Positions 23,980-48,682 of a stretch of 64,000 nucleotides of DNA are shown here, in pieces. Position numbers and translations under genes: made by a program. Source of the DNA: Tubiluchus corallicola (lineage: Eukaryota > Animalia > Priapulida); the NCBI GenBank assembly GCA_030141605.1, contig JAQGDQ010000362.1, forward strand, positions 172,133-236,132, given 5' to 3'. Below the pieces are notes generated by a model. The model did no database searches, was not told the DNA's origin, and saw only the letters and a program-made list of their open reading frames with translations. How positions within the stretch are numbered: position 1 is the first letter of the stretch; each line of letters opens with the position of its first letter.

Positions 23980-26900
23980 ATGTCGACAAATTTCGTTATT
24001 TTTGCAGGTAGGCATTTTCTGTATGTATCCGAACTTCTTTGTTGATTTAGCTTGATTTTTTAGATAAATATTCAAACTTTTCAATATTTCAAAATAATAA
24101 TTCAAGTAAAGGCACATTTATCAAGAAAAACCAGAAAGCTCTAATAATTATTTATAAGCTTATTCTTAATTCAAGATTATTGGTTAGTAACTTATTGGTG
24201 AATTTTTAAAATCACAACAAAACCAGAGCTGTGTAATAGTGTTTGTGTTAGACTTGTAATTCAAAGATCCCTGATTATGAAAAATTAATTCATGATTAGC
24301 TGTATCATTGAATAGATGATCGAGATTATGAATAATAAATTAACTACTCGCAAGTAATTCCAGCTTCTAAATTTATTATGAAAAAATTAATCGAATTCGT
24401 CACTAATTACTCTACTGCGATTAAACCAACACTTGAAAATGCTGGATTGCTTGTTAGCTATTCATAAGATGCTGTATAGTCTACCAGTTGTCTTGTACGG
24501 AAGATTTGTAGTTTAAATCCAGGAGGACGCAACACGCTTTTTTCTTTGCATTTATTTTCTTTCAGTGAAGTTTTAAAACAAAATTAAAAACCTACGGGTT
24601 CATTTTTTCATTATATTACTTGATAATTAATTCTGCGTGTGTATATTTTAGTGGTATTTGCTGTAGTCTCATCTTACACAATAGATGAAGACGCTTACTT
24701 AAACAGCAAGGAATACAGAGACATTGTTGAACGTGAATTCAAGAATTACATCAAAGAATTGAACGACAAAAGAGCCAAACTTCCGCGTACAGAAGTGTGT
24801 TACGAACCATTCGGTTGTTTCAGCAATGCTCCACCATATGACAACGCCCTGGGTAATGTTCCTGAAGATCCAGCAGTCCTCCAGACGAGGTTCTTGCTGT
24901 ATACAAGAGACAATCGAGATGCCTTTGACTTACTTTCTTATAACGATCCTAAAACGATACTGGAATCACATTTTGATAATACAAGAAAGACTCAGTTTCT
25001 TATGCATGGATACATGGGAAATGGATTGAAAGAATGGGTCAATGGTATCGTTCAAGCAGCTTTGAATAAGGTATTTCTTATAATGATTCCTGATACTATA
25101 ATGTGGCAACTTATTTATCCCTTCACTATGCTATTCTAGCTGCTTTAACGAGAATATTTTAGTTAGTTACTTCTGTTATGTTTTAAGAATATAGTTCTAC
25201 TGATCAGTTGTTTAGGAAACACTCTAAAGTTTAACTTTGCGTGTAATTACTATTCCTCAATAAATTCAGCATCAAAAGTAGCATTTATGTAACTTTTAAA
25301 GGAAACAATGACACAAGACATGATTGATGGTCTGACCTCTTGAAAGAGGATTGGATTAATAATCTAACAATTGGACTTCCTTATTGATAAAGCTGAATTT
25401 AAAAACAGAAATAAACGAAATTAAATACAATGCACAAACTCAAACATATTAACTATTACAGGAAGATGTGAATATGATTGCTGTGGACTGGGAAAATGGA
25501 GCAGGTAGATTGAACTACTGGCAGTCGGTAGCCAATTGCCGAATTGTTGGCGCAGAAATTGCCCATTTGATCAGACAGATGAACAGTTTAACTGGGACTG
25601 CAGAGAAACAGTTTCATTTAATTGGCTTCAGTTTAGGTGCTCATGTTGCAGGTTATGCAGGAGAAGAGTTACCTGGCTTAGAACGTATAACAGGTATCGT
25701 CACTTGCTCTAAATTTACCGATAACCGAATTTCAACAAGTACAGGTAAACCGCAGACTGTCCTAAAGTGCTGCTGCAAAGTGAGGATGATAGGACTACTT
25801 AAATAAAAAAAAACGTAATTTGCTAAGAGTTGTCTAGTGACCAACTGTAACTGGACGCCATTGCAAAGATTCACAACGATCGTTACATTTTCCATAACAA
25901 TGATGTATAGTCATGCACTCCTCATTGAACAGTGAGAATGAACTTCAGTACGGTTCCTGTCGGTTACGGGCGCGCTTCTATAGTAATCTCTATCTTTGTT
26001 TGTATATATACTTCAAATGCATCATACTCAATGTTACTAAAAGAATGAAAAAGTGACAAATGAAAAAGGTTACCTTTGTGCTATACGATTTGAAACAGCA
26101 GGGCAATTTCTTAATCTGGTTAAGTTCGGTCTATTCAGCGTATGGACTATGGAGAAGTACTTTGGGGGCTATGTCAACCGCTTGCTGTGGGCAAGTGGCA
26201 ATTATAACTTAGCTAAAGAATCTAAGACTCCAGTCTCAGGACTACGTTCTTCTGTATTGCTGTGAACTATCAAAGAGCAAAAAATGTTAATTTATCTGGT
26301 AGTATCTTAAACATATCTTTTTGTGCATGCTATAACCTATAAGAACGAAAAATAGATTAAAATACAAGTTAGAATTTAAACTACAACCCCGAAAAACTCG
26401 TACCTTCACTTGTTAAGTGTGATACTTGTCAATGTAGCCTAATACCTTGTAATCTAACTAAATCCTGTTAATCTCAGGTCTTGATCCGGCTAATCCGTGG
26501 TTTGAAGGAGAAGATCCACTGGTTCGCATTGATTCTTCTGATGCAAAATTTGTCGACATAATTCACACTAATGGCGGCGATTGGTACCGCGGATACGTTG
26601 GTAAAAATCCCAATGATGTTATTTTGTTTTCCGGATGTATTCTAAAAGTGCCCAAATTGACTTTCATCTTTGACATCTGTATGTAGATGAACCATTATGT
26701 ACAGTTAATAAATTGATGTCCATGGCTTTATGCTTCTTCAAGTTGAGTTCTTTATAATAAACGCTAAATGTGCGGACACATGAATGAATATTATGTTCAG
26801 TAATAATTGCGTCACTTTTCTCATCGATATCATTAAATTTATTTGTTATCTTTGTTAGCTGATTTTTAATTTTACTTATACAGGAATGACAGCGCCTTGC

Positions 26901-28577
26901 GGACATGTAGACATATATCCCAATGGCGGCTCTTTGCAACCTGGATGTAGAAGACCGATAGGTGGCGCAATAGAGGCAATAATACAAGGAAAATGTACGT
27001 CATTGGATGTTTGCTGTATTATTTTCTAAATTTGTTGGTACAAAGCTTAAGTTTCCTTGTTTATTAAGATATCACAATCACTCGTAGTGCACTAACATTA
27101 TAAATGGTACAGTTTCTAATCTTTTTCTTTCTGTCTGCCTTCTGATTTACATTTTTCTTCCCTTGAAGAAAATCTATGGCACAGTATCCGCAGTAATTAG
27201 CGATTGTCAATTTGCTTGCGGAAAAAACAAAAGAGTAAAAGGTGTTTGATGGCTCTTAAAGCAACCTAAGTAATGATAATTTCTAAGAATGGTAAGGATT
27301 AAAAAGGTCTGACAAGTCAATCAAAAGAAATGTACTTGCCAAGTCCACTCATCAGGTGATACCTTTTAGTGAGCTTATTATTGGTAGTTGGAATAAACTA
27401 GAAATGTACTTCTGTCTTTACAATTAACTACTTCGTACTAATGGGAATCGCCAGTAAATTTTAATCATTTCTGTTTAGATGACGACCTGTTTAAGATAGC
27501 CGGATGCAACCATTACCGTGCTGTCTACTTGTTTGCTCATGCTCTAGACTACCCGGACTGCAATTTGGCCTCGTTTGGCTGCGATAGTTACGAAAGTTTT
27601 AAGGCAGGACGGTGCGCTGATGGTGGAATGACACATGTGGCAAAAACAGAGGAGTTCCCCTTCAGAGGCGTGGCTTACGGTGATACTTTTTCTCAAGAGG
27701 AAAGTTATTGCGGTAAATGCAGTATTGATTTTTAGGCGTAATTAATTTGTTTTTCAAGATTTAATAATTGCAATTGTTGTAAATTTTCTATCAAAATTTT
27801 ACACTGTTTTGGACAATTACCATTCTCCCGTGGAACTGTCACTCTATAATCTTTATCACGCAAACGTCCAGCTGACATGGTTTCACCCTTTCGCTGTTTT
27901 GTTTCATGCAACATTTTTAAAGGTTATCACTTCCACGTTGGAATAACTCTACCATCATGGGGCTCTAAGCCTGATGGAGACATTTTTGCTACCTTGGTAT
28001 CAAGCAGTGGCTCAGAGATCACAGTTCAAATAGCAAAGTAAGTTCTCAAACTAAACAGTATTATTTTATATTTGAGTGTATCTTTGTTATATTTCAAAAG
28101 TTTTGCCAATATACACATTTTTTGTTGAATGGAAACAACTGTCGGAGATTTAAAATGCATGTTTCAGCGGAGAAATTCCCGCTGGACAAGAGACTGCTGC
28201 TTTGTTCTTATCCACATCAGTATTGGATGATGTCACACATGTAACGCTTTCCTACATCAAAGGATGGTTTGAACGTTCTTCTTTCGACGTTACGCGAGTC
28301 AGCGTCCATGATTACGAGAGAAATTTAATGTAAGGAAAATTATTTTTGGAAATAACTCAAACACTTGTTCGATTTTCTAAATTTACATTTTGTTGCTGTT
28401 ATTAATTCTCCGATACCTATACCCTTTTCAAAACGTCTTCAAAGCGATTTAAGTTCTGCATCTAATTTTTGATAAAACAGTTTTCTTCTCTTTTTATATA
28501 GATGGACGCACTGTGGTGAGGTAACTGTAAAGCATGATAACCCTGTAACTGTCCAGATGAGAGCCGGCGAATGCTAA
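23980..28577 (+). CDS. Pancreatic lipase-related protein, paralog 4 (499 aa); exons 23980-24007, 24652-25070, 25462-25693, 26478-26600, 26884-26994, 27479-27712, 27923-28037, 28168-28329, 28502-28577
   Basis: Spliced signal peptide [85 protein letters not shown] ending WTHC..AGEC*. Exon sum 1500 nt; AATAAA at 28663. Confidence 0.95.
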
Positions 28578-29254
28578 ACTTACTATTGCTACTTTAGAAT
28601 AGGGCATGGATGAAAGATCTGGGTGCTTCAATAATGGTTTACGCATAATTTAATAAGTATAAAATAAATTAAGCATAATGAATCCCACGCACTATTTTAC
28701 AGGATTTTTCTAGCATGTTTACTTATAGCACTATAAGCAGATGTTAAATGAGGTAATTTTGTCGTTTCTCAATTTCTATAAAAATCTACAGTTGATTAAA
28801 ATAAATTTTTATGATAGCAGTACAATTAATTTATGTAGTCTTTAAACAATTTTCCTTACAACATTGCTTTTACTTGATCAAAATTCATTAGTGAGAAAGA
28901 CGTAATTGTAAAGTTCCACTTTTTATATCAAATAGGATACATATTTCTGCATACATACAGATTAATTTTTTGTGAGCAGTTTCTCAAGATCTTTGTGCTT
29001 CTGCCTCTTTGTGATACAATGAACTTCTGAAAAAAATCTACATTCACCTACTTAAAGAAAATCTAGGAGCCTAAATATAAAGGCAGCGTTGTTTTTTATT
29101 CTACTGAAAATAAGACAAAAATTAAAGGAACTTGTCTTTATTAGTGCATAACTAGTGCCAACAAGACTCGCCGTTTTCGTGCTTACACCTGACACATTTG
29201 TGCTGTACATGGTTCAGCGTGGTTGTAGTTTATTAACCCATAATACTGAAATAC

Positions 29255-30550
29255 TTATATAAAAACTGAATTTAACTCGAAGGCCTAGGAGAAGTAGAAT
29301 GACAATAAAAAACTGACTGATATTCAGCATCTTTGACCCTTTGGTACCCTAACAAGGTATTTATTCTGCAAATTTCGTCATAATCATCTGCTTTTTAATA
29401 AGAATTAAAACTCGATGCTCTAATTTTTACATTTTACATTTTGGCTCCTATCTTGCGCCCTTAAGCAATTCCAAGTTCTCTAACCAAACAATTGTCGGGC
29501 TCCTGCCCCAGGTACCTACCTTGACTCTTATTACTATGGTTTTAGAATTGTTCAATGTTATGTATTTTGGCTCCTGTTTGGCTCCTTTATACAATTCCAG
29601 CTTTCGAAAACCCAGGTACACATCTGCCCCAAAATACCTTAACACCTGTAAAAAATTGAACTTAACTCAAAGCGATAGGTGGAGTTGAATGACAATCTAA
29701 AAACTGATAAAATGTCCAGTGTCCTTGACCCTTCGGCCGAAGTTGCCGTTTTTCGGCACTATTTTCAAGGCGCCTACCACGCTATTCTGACAATAGCCCG
29801 AAATAGTCTTTGTTTTCTATTCAACGTGAATTAAAACTGGATGAGCAAATTTCTACATTTTAGGTCCTGCCTTGCGCCCTTAACAAATCTACTTTGTTTA
29901 AGAACTATAGCCTGCGCCCCTAGCCAGAGTATCTACCTGCAGGTTTTGTGACTCTAGTTAGCACAGTTTTAGAGTACGCATTTTGGCTCCTATTTTGAGC
30001 ACTTAAAGAATTCCAGGTTTTTAAAACCCAGGCACATATGTACACGCAATACCCAAAAACTTAAGAAGCAAATTGAATTTAACTTAAATTCGAGGAGGAG
30101 TTGGACGACAATCGAAAAACTAACCAATGTCCAGTGTCCTTGACACTTTGACTGTGGCGACCGTTCATCACATCCTTTTTAAAACCTTTATCTCATCTGT
30201 CTTCCTTGCAAGTTTCGCAATTTCGTAACTCTACTTGCTTAAGTTTTATAGTTATTCAGTATTACGAATTTTGGCTCTTGTCTCGGGCCTAAAAGAATCT
30301 CAGGTTTTAAAAGCCCAGGTCCATATCTACCCAAATACTTATAAAAACGAATTAAATTCGAAACGCTACGAGAAGCAGAATGTTAAGAGAAAAATTGACC
30401 GATGTTCAGCCGCTTGTACTTTGGCCAAGGTCACCAAAAATCCCAGCACTTTCTAGGCCCCTACACCAGGCATGGTCATGTAAGTTTCGTGACTTTAGCG
30501 CTCTGCGTTTGCTAGTTAATGTGAATTAAAAATGGAAAACTGGATGCCTA
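29255..30550. repeat. Diverged tandem array, about 4 units of ~280-420 bp
   Basis: Motif aaaa(c/t)tgaatttaactc..ggag(a)agt(a/t)gaatgacaat..aaaactgac..atgtccagtgtccttgacc recurs at ~29261, ~29651, ~30070 and ~30345; ttttggctcct..aattccag..aaaacccagg..aaatacc recurs between them. Confidence 0.8.
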
Positions 30551-32084
30551 ACATGATGATGAAAAGCCATCACGTGGGTTCACATAGATTTTGATGTCTA
30601 AATCTAAAAATACTTGATGTGGCAAATAAAAATTATTGTGACAAACTATGTAACACAATTTATGATGCAGCATGTCACATTTGAAATGCTTATTGCCTGT
30701 ATTTGACATTTATCTGTCCAGATTTGATGCTATTGCCATTATCATTGTTATTGTCTTTGGCGTGGGAACAACTTAAGTGGTCACTGTGTGTGTTTGACGA
30801 TCGAAGTTAGAGCCTGGTTAGTAAATTTCTGGGTGGTTTCATCTGCCATAACTGCTCCCACCTATCTTTCTAGCTGAAAGATGATGTATATATAGGTACA
30901 AATGTGGCGTTAACTCGATAATGAGAAATGTTTCAGCCATGTCACAACTAACGTAATGGCAGACAGGTGGTTTACAATAATAGGTAATAGTTGTCGTGAT
31001 TTTAGGTTGCTCTAGTTCTCCGATTAGATGAAGACGTAACTAAATTTTGCAACTTCTGTTGTGACAACGTGATCTAAAATGTGAGAACTTTAATACAAAA
31101 CGGTAACTGACCAGCTGCGGCACTGTAATTAATTTTGGTCAGCAAGCTGTGTCATTCATTGCCCTTTGCATGCTTCAGCAAATTTTCACTTGGGATTTGG
31201 TGTATATGAGGGTAATTCTGCCTCAACAAATACAAACAGTACTTTCTACCACACAAGAATGGTCACGAAAAATTGTATAGAGTACAGTAAGGACATTAAA
31301 ACAGAATTTAGACAATTTGGAATAATTTTCATATTTCTTTTGACTTACTGCCGTATTTTCTACAAAAGAATCGTAAAACGTAAAAAGTTACCCAAAACGT
31401 TGACAACAACAAAAATTGAAAGTTTATCGCTGAAAATAATAACATAAGAAACCACACGTGATTCCTTGATCCACCGATGATTAGCTGTGCGTGATAAGTC
31501 CGTTAGTGAGAACAGCCACAGTACTGATAACATCCACTATAACATTACTAATTTAATCCGTTTTCCATGTATTTGGTAACCAGCTACAAAAATATCCATT
31601 GACTAACAATGATCGCGGTCATTCCAAAGGTTTTTATTGAAATACGAGTTAGCCTTCCCCTGATTGATTGTCTAAACTAATAACCTGCCGTTTCAGCCTG
31701 GTGTTGTCCATGGGACAAATGATTAGTAGAATCATGGCGTCAGTTGATTAGCAGAACTCACTGAGGTAACATGGCCACATTGATGATCAAGTATTACGAT
31801 TGTAACATTTCATCATCAATCTTTGTAAAACAACGTTTCATGGCACCAGCATTAAATTTGTTTTCTAGGTCATACAAATGATCTCTTTAAGGTGTTATTT
31901 CTTTAGCTTGTCACCAGCGAGTGCTTTCCAAGAGACGTCAGACATCTGCCGGAAATAAGACGTCTTGTGGATCACGTTGCAAGACTGATGATGGCGGCGG
32001 CCCAATAACAGCTAACCTAAGAAAATGGTTAAATAAAACAAAAATATTGACAGAAAATTGCTTCTATAACACAATTTTTTTCTC

Positions 32085-32250
32085 CGTTTTTTCTGCCTGT
32101 TCTTTGTTCCCTTTTGTCTTTCTTCTTTCTGCCTCGCCCCCATTCGCTCCCTCTCGTTCTTTTTTGTTTTTTCTTTCTTTCTCTCTCTCATATCTCCCTC
32201 ACCCCTCTTTCTTTGTCTTATCTCTCCTCACACTGTCTCTTCTCTTTCTT

Positions 32251-32302
<52 letters not shown>

Positions 32303-32390
32303 ACTTTCTTCCTTGCTGTATTTTGGCTGGTATGTGACAGTCTCTTTAACTGTCTCTCTCCTTTCTTTTCCTTTTTTCTTTTGCCTTCTT
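32085..32390. repeat. Polypyrimidine tract with a (CT)n core at 32261-32297
   Basis: Directly visible. Confidence 0.9.
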
Positions 32391-35300
32391 AAATTTTAGA
32401 GGCTAATTCGCCAAAAATAAGATCTAGTGCAGTAAAGATAAGACACAAAGTTAAGTTACTGTTAACCTGATAAACTGTGTAAAATTTTTGCGATCACCTT
32501 TTGTTAGATCTTCTAATCAAATTGAATGTTCATTGCAAAGTGGAAGCAACGTTTAGCTGATTAAGCTAACCTTCTTTGGAGTAACAGATTGTTGCCAAAG
32601 TTTAGTGTAATAATATAGCTTCAAGATGTGAAACGATATTACCGCTGTTGCTTTGCCACTGCAAGTTGACATTCAAAGATGGCGTTACATGCGATACCAA
32701 CTCGAAGAAAAAAGTAGACGCAAACTAAAAATAAAACGGATGAAAATAAAATATTTATTACCGACGAAACGATATCTCAGTAATGATAATAGTAGTAACG
32801 TAATTATATACAAGTACTTTATACACAGTAAACTGAAAATCTAACAGTGAACAACTGATGCATGCCTTTCCGCTAATTGCAACAACTTTTGTGATTAAAC
32901 ACGCAATTTAAAATGTGTATGAAAGAAAAATGAAAACGTAACAAAGAAATGAGAAACGAGAAATCGAGATGTCGAGCTTGCAATCTAAGCTACTCCGAAA
33001 TTAAACCATGCCTTTTATGTGCTTTATGCCAAAGCAGCGCAACGTATGCGTGCTTACACAGACATGCAAAGACACGAAATAGAATTAGATGAAGACAAAA
33101 ATAACATAACTAACAAAAATAAGCAAATAATTGCGAACGAGTTGGGTATTCTGTGCATAGGGAACCATGAAAAAGAAAGAAAATCCAAGCTTCTAAAAGT
33201 AAAATGCGCTTATATAAAAGAATACGTGTATTAACTTTTGTGCTTACTGTTACCGTTATATGAAAATGTGTCCATTTTTACGGTTAACTAAGATCGATAA
33301 TATTAAACTGCCGTATTATAATAATCTTCAACCAGACTTACTTTAATGGGTAACAACCCGCCAAACTTTCGTTTTGATACTGCTGCATAGTGAACGAAAA
33401 ACTGAATAAGTTTATCAAAATGTAATGACGTTTAAACTAAAAAATGGGCACATCATGTACTCGGCTAGTGATGCTAAAAATTTTGAAATTTTGTTGTGGT
33501 GGAAATTTGGAAACTATGGAAGCGGCTAACGAATTTTTGGTGAAGTAAAAACTATAAAGAGAAGCAGGCGATTTTTTTCCAAGGTCCGTAAAGGAAACAA
33601 AGAAATAAAAGACAATTAAAGTACCAATTAGATACATAACAGTAATAAAACTAAATAATGCTGCCAGGCAAAAAGCACGCATAGTTTTCGTGCAACAACG
33701 AATTGTAACGAGGTAAGTTTCTTCCATAAAAAGATGCCAAAAATAACAGCACCTATTTTACAGAAATATCTATAAGCGGCACCATTAGAGTAACTTAGAT
33801 AGATAGTTCAGTAAAGAATAGGCGCGAACAGTACTGACCGTACGATGTTGAGTAAAATCCACTGCTGAATGGGTTTCACCTATAATACTTAATTTCACAC
33901 TAACCGGCACTGGGGTAAAGTAGAATAAGACAACATTTTTAGCTGCAAATTACATAGTTGGCTTTCTGTCGGATGGTGAGCTTGTAAAAATGGAATATTA
34001 CGGAAAGATGAACACGATAATATGTGCTCAGTGAGTGCGTCACTGCTGCCTGTAATTCACTTGTAACATCATCAAGTAACAGTAACAACGACCGTTTATA
34101 ATATGCCCTAACAATCCTTTTGCAAAGTCGTGTAATCATTTTGAGCAATAAACGACTATAATATAGATGTTCACTTCACAAACTTACGGAGCTTGGCAAA
34201 ATAATTCAAAGAAAGTTGTTAAAGCGTTTTGCAGAATATTTTCAGATGAACAGATGGTCTGAAGGAGTTCCTCTTGGGGATAATTTCCGTTGTAAGCCAT
34301 TAATCAGCGAATTGTAACTATGCATGGTTATTTAGTCCAACTTTGTCTGTAGGATATGTGGAGTTCATTCATTATTGCAGCAGTATTGTCTACCTGAGTG
34401 GTTCTTGTCTAATTATAATAATCTCGTCTATGATGTGTGAACTACACGTAAAAACGTTTTTAATTAAATTGTAGTTGCAGATGTAACAGATGTAATACAC
34501 CATTAAGACTTGCTTTTCTGAAACATAAACTTAATTACTCGAAAATTCTTCGATATAGTTCTAAGTGAAAATTTTTGTGGTGATGTGGTCTAATTGGCTG
34601 TCAAAATCAGCTTATATTTGAATAAATACCTTAAGAATTCAGTTAATGTGCAGCTTTGCAAAATGCGGGTTACTGTGTCAACAAATGTGACAGATTTCTG
34701 ATTAATAAGATGAACATTTGGCGGAAATTGAATTGGTTTATTTCCTCGAGGACAGTGAAAGAGGATTGATTAACTCACTGCATCAGAATTTCAAGAATTA
34801 GGGTCTACTTGCTATGACAAGATGTGATACAAGTTTAAGTTTACGCTTGCATTAAGTTTTCTTGTGTTAAACTAATCTTATCAAAGTAAACTTTATCTAA
34901 CAAATTAAGATAAAGCTGTATAGTCTGTAGTTTAGTAATGCCAGTAGAAAACACTCGTAATAACTTGTAGATACAGACACTGGATCTGCAATTTAATCAT
35001 TACAGACTTCCAGTCGAAAACATCTCGTAAGATCGAAATACGTACATTAGGCTATTTGAATGTATTTTGTGAGTCATGTATTCAAGAAAGTTTTTGAATT
35101 TTTTTTGGTAGATTCCTTAGCAAACGCAAGACCTATGGTATTCGTCATTTAAGTTGAAGCTCCAAGTACTGAGAACTTTTAAGACTTGACATCCGGTACA
35201 TGACATAGCTACTGACTCCACAACATATCATGCACAATTGGAAACGTTCTGTAAACCATTCTTTACCATCGTTTCCACAACATGAAATGACACTTTGTGC

Positions 35301-35845
35301 ATTTGTCCAATTTTGTGCAGAGTGAAACAAAAGTGCAGCGAACGTATAAAAATGAAGAATTGGGCACTATGATGCCTGTCATGCGTGACTTGTCATCATG
35401 TCTTGAAAAAAGTATTAAAATGAACACGGCAACAGATGCATCATAAATACAGATAAAATGTTATCGTATTTATTTACAACTGTTGTTGTCTTCATTATAC
35501 GACGAAAACACTTTAAATAATCATAATTTTCTTACTGAAAGGAAGCTGTGAAAAAATGAGTAATGAACTGTAACTCGTTTCTTGCCTTTCTTTTACTGCC
35601 TGGCTGTAAAACAACAAGTTCACGTAGAATTTCAGCTTTTTTGCTCCAATTGGATGTCAATTGGAATATCGTGACTGTTTTTAATTAAAATACACCCAAG
35701 TGAACCGGCAAACTTGTTGCTAAACAGCTTTGCTATATTGCTAATGCTACAATAATTTTAGGACCAGTGAGAACTATAGAAATTTTTATGTCAACTGAAT
35801 TTCAGCATCTGCTAATTAAACTTTACGATAAAGAGTTAATGTTGT

Positions 35846-46610
<10,765 letters not shown>

Positions 46611-47994
46611 TGCTGAGCAATGCGAAATTAATTACACTAATACGTCTTAGATGATGTGTATATGCACTCGTCAAGGTTAAATTTCATGTCACTCATTCAC
46701 CTGAAATTGAACACCTACATCCATTAGTGACACTGGTGAATTACCCTTGTCCGCCATTGTAATGACTGCAAATGGATATGTTCAGGTGAGGATGGGGGCA
46801 GTAATTTTTCCTTTGAAGCTGAAGTGTAGCTTGACTATCTGTTCTCTTCTGCACAGTATGACAAGATTCGCAATAGCATCTTTGAATTCCAATTTCTCTC
46901 ACTCGAAATTACCTATAAGAAAAAAAAACAGGTAATGCTAAATTACTCAGGTTTCCTTTCAGGTATAACTAGTCTAGATTTTTTCTGCGCTGAGAAAAAT
47001 GATTATCATTTAATTAAGATTTGTATCCGTAACAAATTTCTAAAAAGGAAAGTCATTTACGAACAAATTTTCTTTTCATGCGAGAATTACGTGCATGTTT
47101 GACAAAATTTGATTGTTTTCACTATCATATAAAATCTACTAGCATAATGCAGGATAAACAAGTTACCGTAATCAAGGCTAAACCAAACTAGAGAAGCTGA
47201 GCGAGTCGCGGTATGCAGCTTTCAGGACGACAAAAAATTGGCATGCAAAAAAGAGCATGTAGAAACTGTCGCGCTGCCCAACCTGGCTTGAAATTGATAC
47301 ATAATTCAGAAAGCATTGTGCATCACCACTGCGTTCGCTTAACATTGTATTATTATGCAGCACTTTCTCTGCATAAGTGGTAAGTGGTTAAACTGCGCTG
47401 CCTTTTGCCCATGTCACGTCTGATGCCCTAATTTTGTCCAAGAATGCGTGTTTATGAGATATCGTGAAATCGTCAAAGGCCCTGACGTAAGACTGTTATT
47501 CTGGTAACTAATGACCGTAAGGTAAGGATGCTTAAGTGCAAATATGCTTGATGATGGTAATTACAATACACTATTTATATAAATGGGCCTTTAGTTGTAA
47601 GCAAAGTTTTAGCTTAATTATAAGTACATCTGTGATACATTTTAATATCAGTGTCACAATGTTAAATAAATGTATAGCTAATACAATCTTATCAAGATCG
47701 TCAAAGATTATAACCGGAAGAAATACATTTGCCGCTTTAAAATTGTTACATAATATGCCAAATCGTTAATTAACCTCTGATATTTATCTTAATTGTTAGA
47801 GAGAAATTTTGTATTTTTGTGATCACAACTAGTCCTAGTTTGTATTTGAGCCACATCATTGACAATTTTAGTAAAAAAATTATATGAACTAAGCTTTGCA
47901 GATCAGTTAAACATTTAAACATTGCAATAATAAAAAAATCTTTTACAATGTCTGCAAAAGGTTTCCTTCTTACAATGTAAATGTCAAAACAGTG

Positions 47995-48270
47995 CTATTT
48001 GCTATTTTTCTTCGGAAATTTAGTCTCTCCTTGCCTTTCAAGGTCACAGTGTAGTAATAAATGTTCAACTGTTTGCTGCTCCATCATGCCACAGACACGC
48101 GGATGCTTAATTTTTAATGCAAGAAATCTCACTAATATCTCACTATTAGTACGGAAGCAACTTCGTAGTTTCCAACTAATAATACTTTTGCTTTCACATG
48201 CCATGGCGGCATTTTTTGATGTCTGTTGCGTCAGGCTTTAGAAAGTTCAAGTGGTCACTGAGAAATCTTG
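47995..48270 (-). mobile_element. Probable decayed non-LTR retrotransposon C-terminal fragment
   Basis: SIISWKLRSCFRTNSEILVRF..VCGMMEQQTVEHLLLHC resembles the C-x-C-G..(E/Q)-T-V-E-H-x-L-x-x-C knuckle of LINE ORF2. Confidence 0.55.
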
Positions 48271-48541
48271 CATCTATCAATCGGCGTTCCTTGGCTATTC
48301 CCCGCAGACGCTAGGGGAGCTACCTTCCCCTCTGCCCTCCCGTCGTGCAGAAACGCTGCTTAATGAAACCTGATGTTTATTTGCTTGCGCCGGATTTCCA
48401 ACTCCTAAGTTCATTAAGTTGTAAACTCGGTGCTGATAAATAATGTAACCAGTTCCATATTCTCTACAATTGACAACTGACGAGAGACAAGACGTTTCAT
48501 CACGTGCATATTCGGTTACACGCATAATATTCCCACTTTCT

Positions 48542-48682
<141 letters not shown>

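Noticed and set aside
29255-30550. CRISPR-like or coding repeat array
   Set aside because: The units are long and diverged with no short identical repeats or unique spacers; the context is eukaryotic and there are no cas genes.
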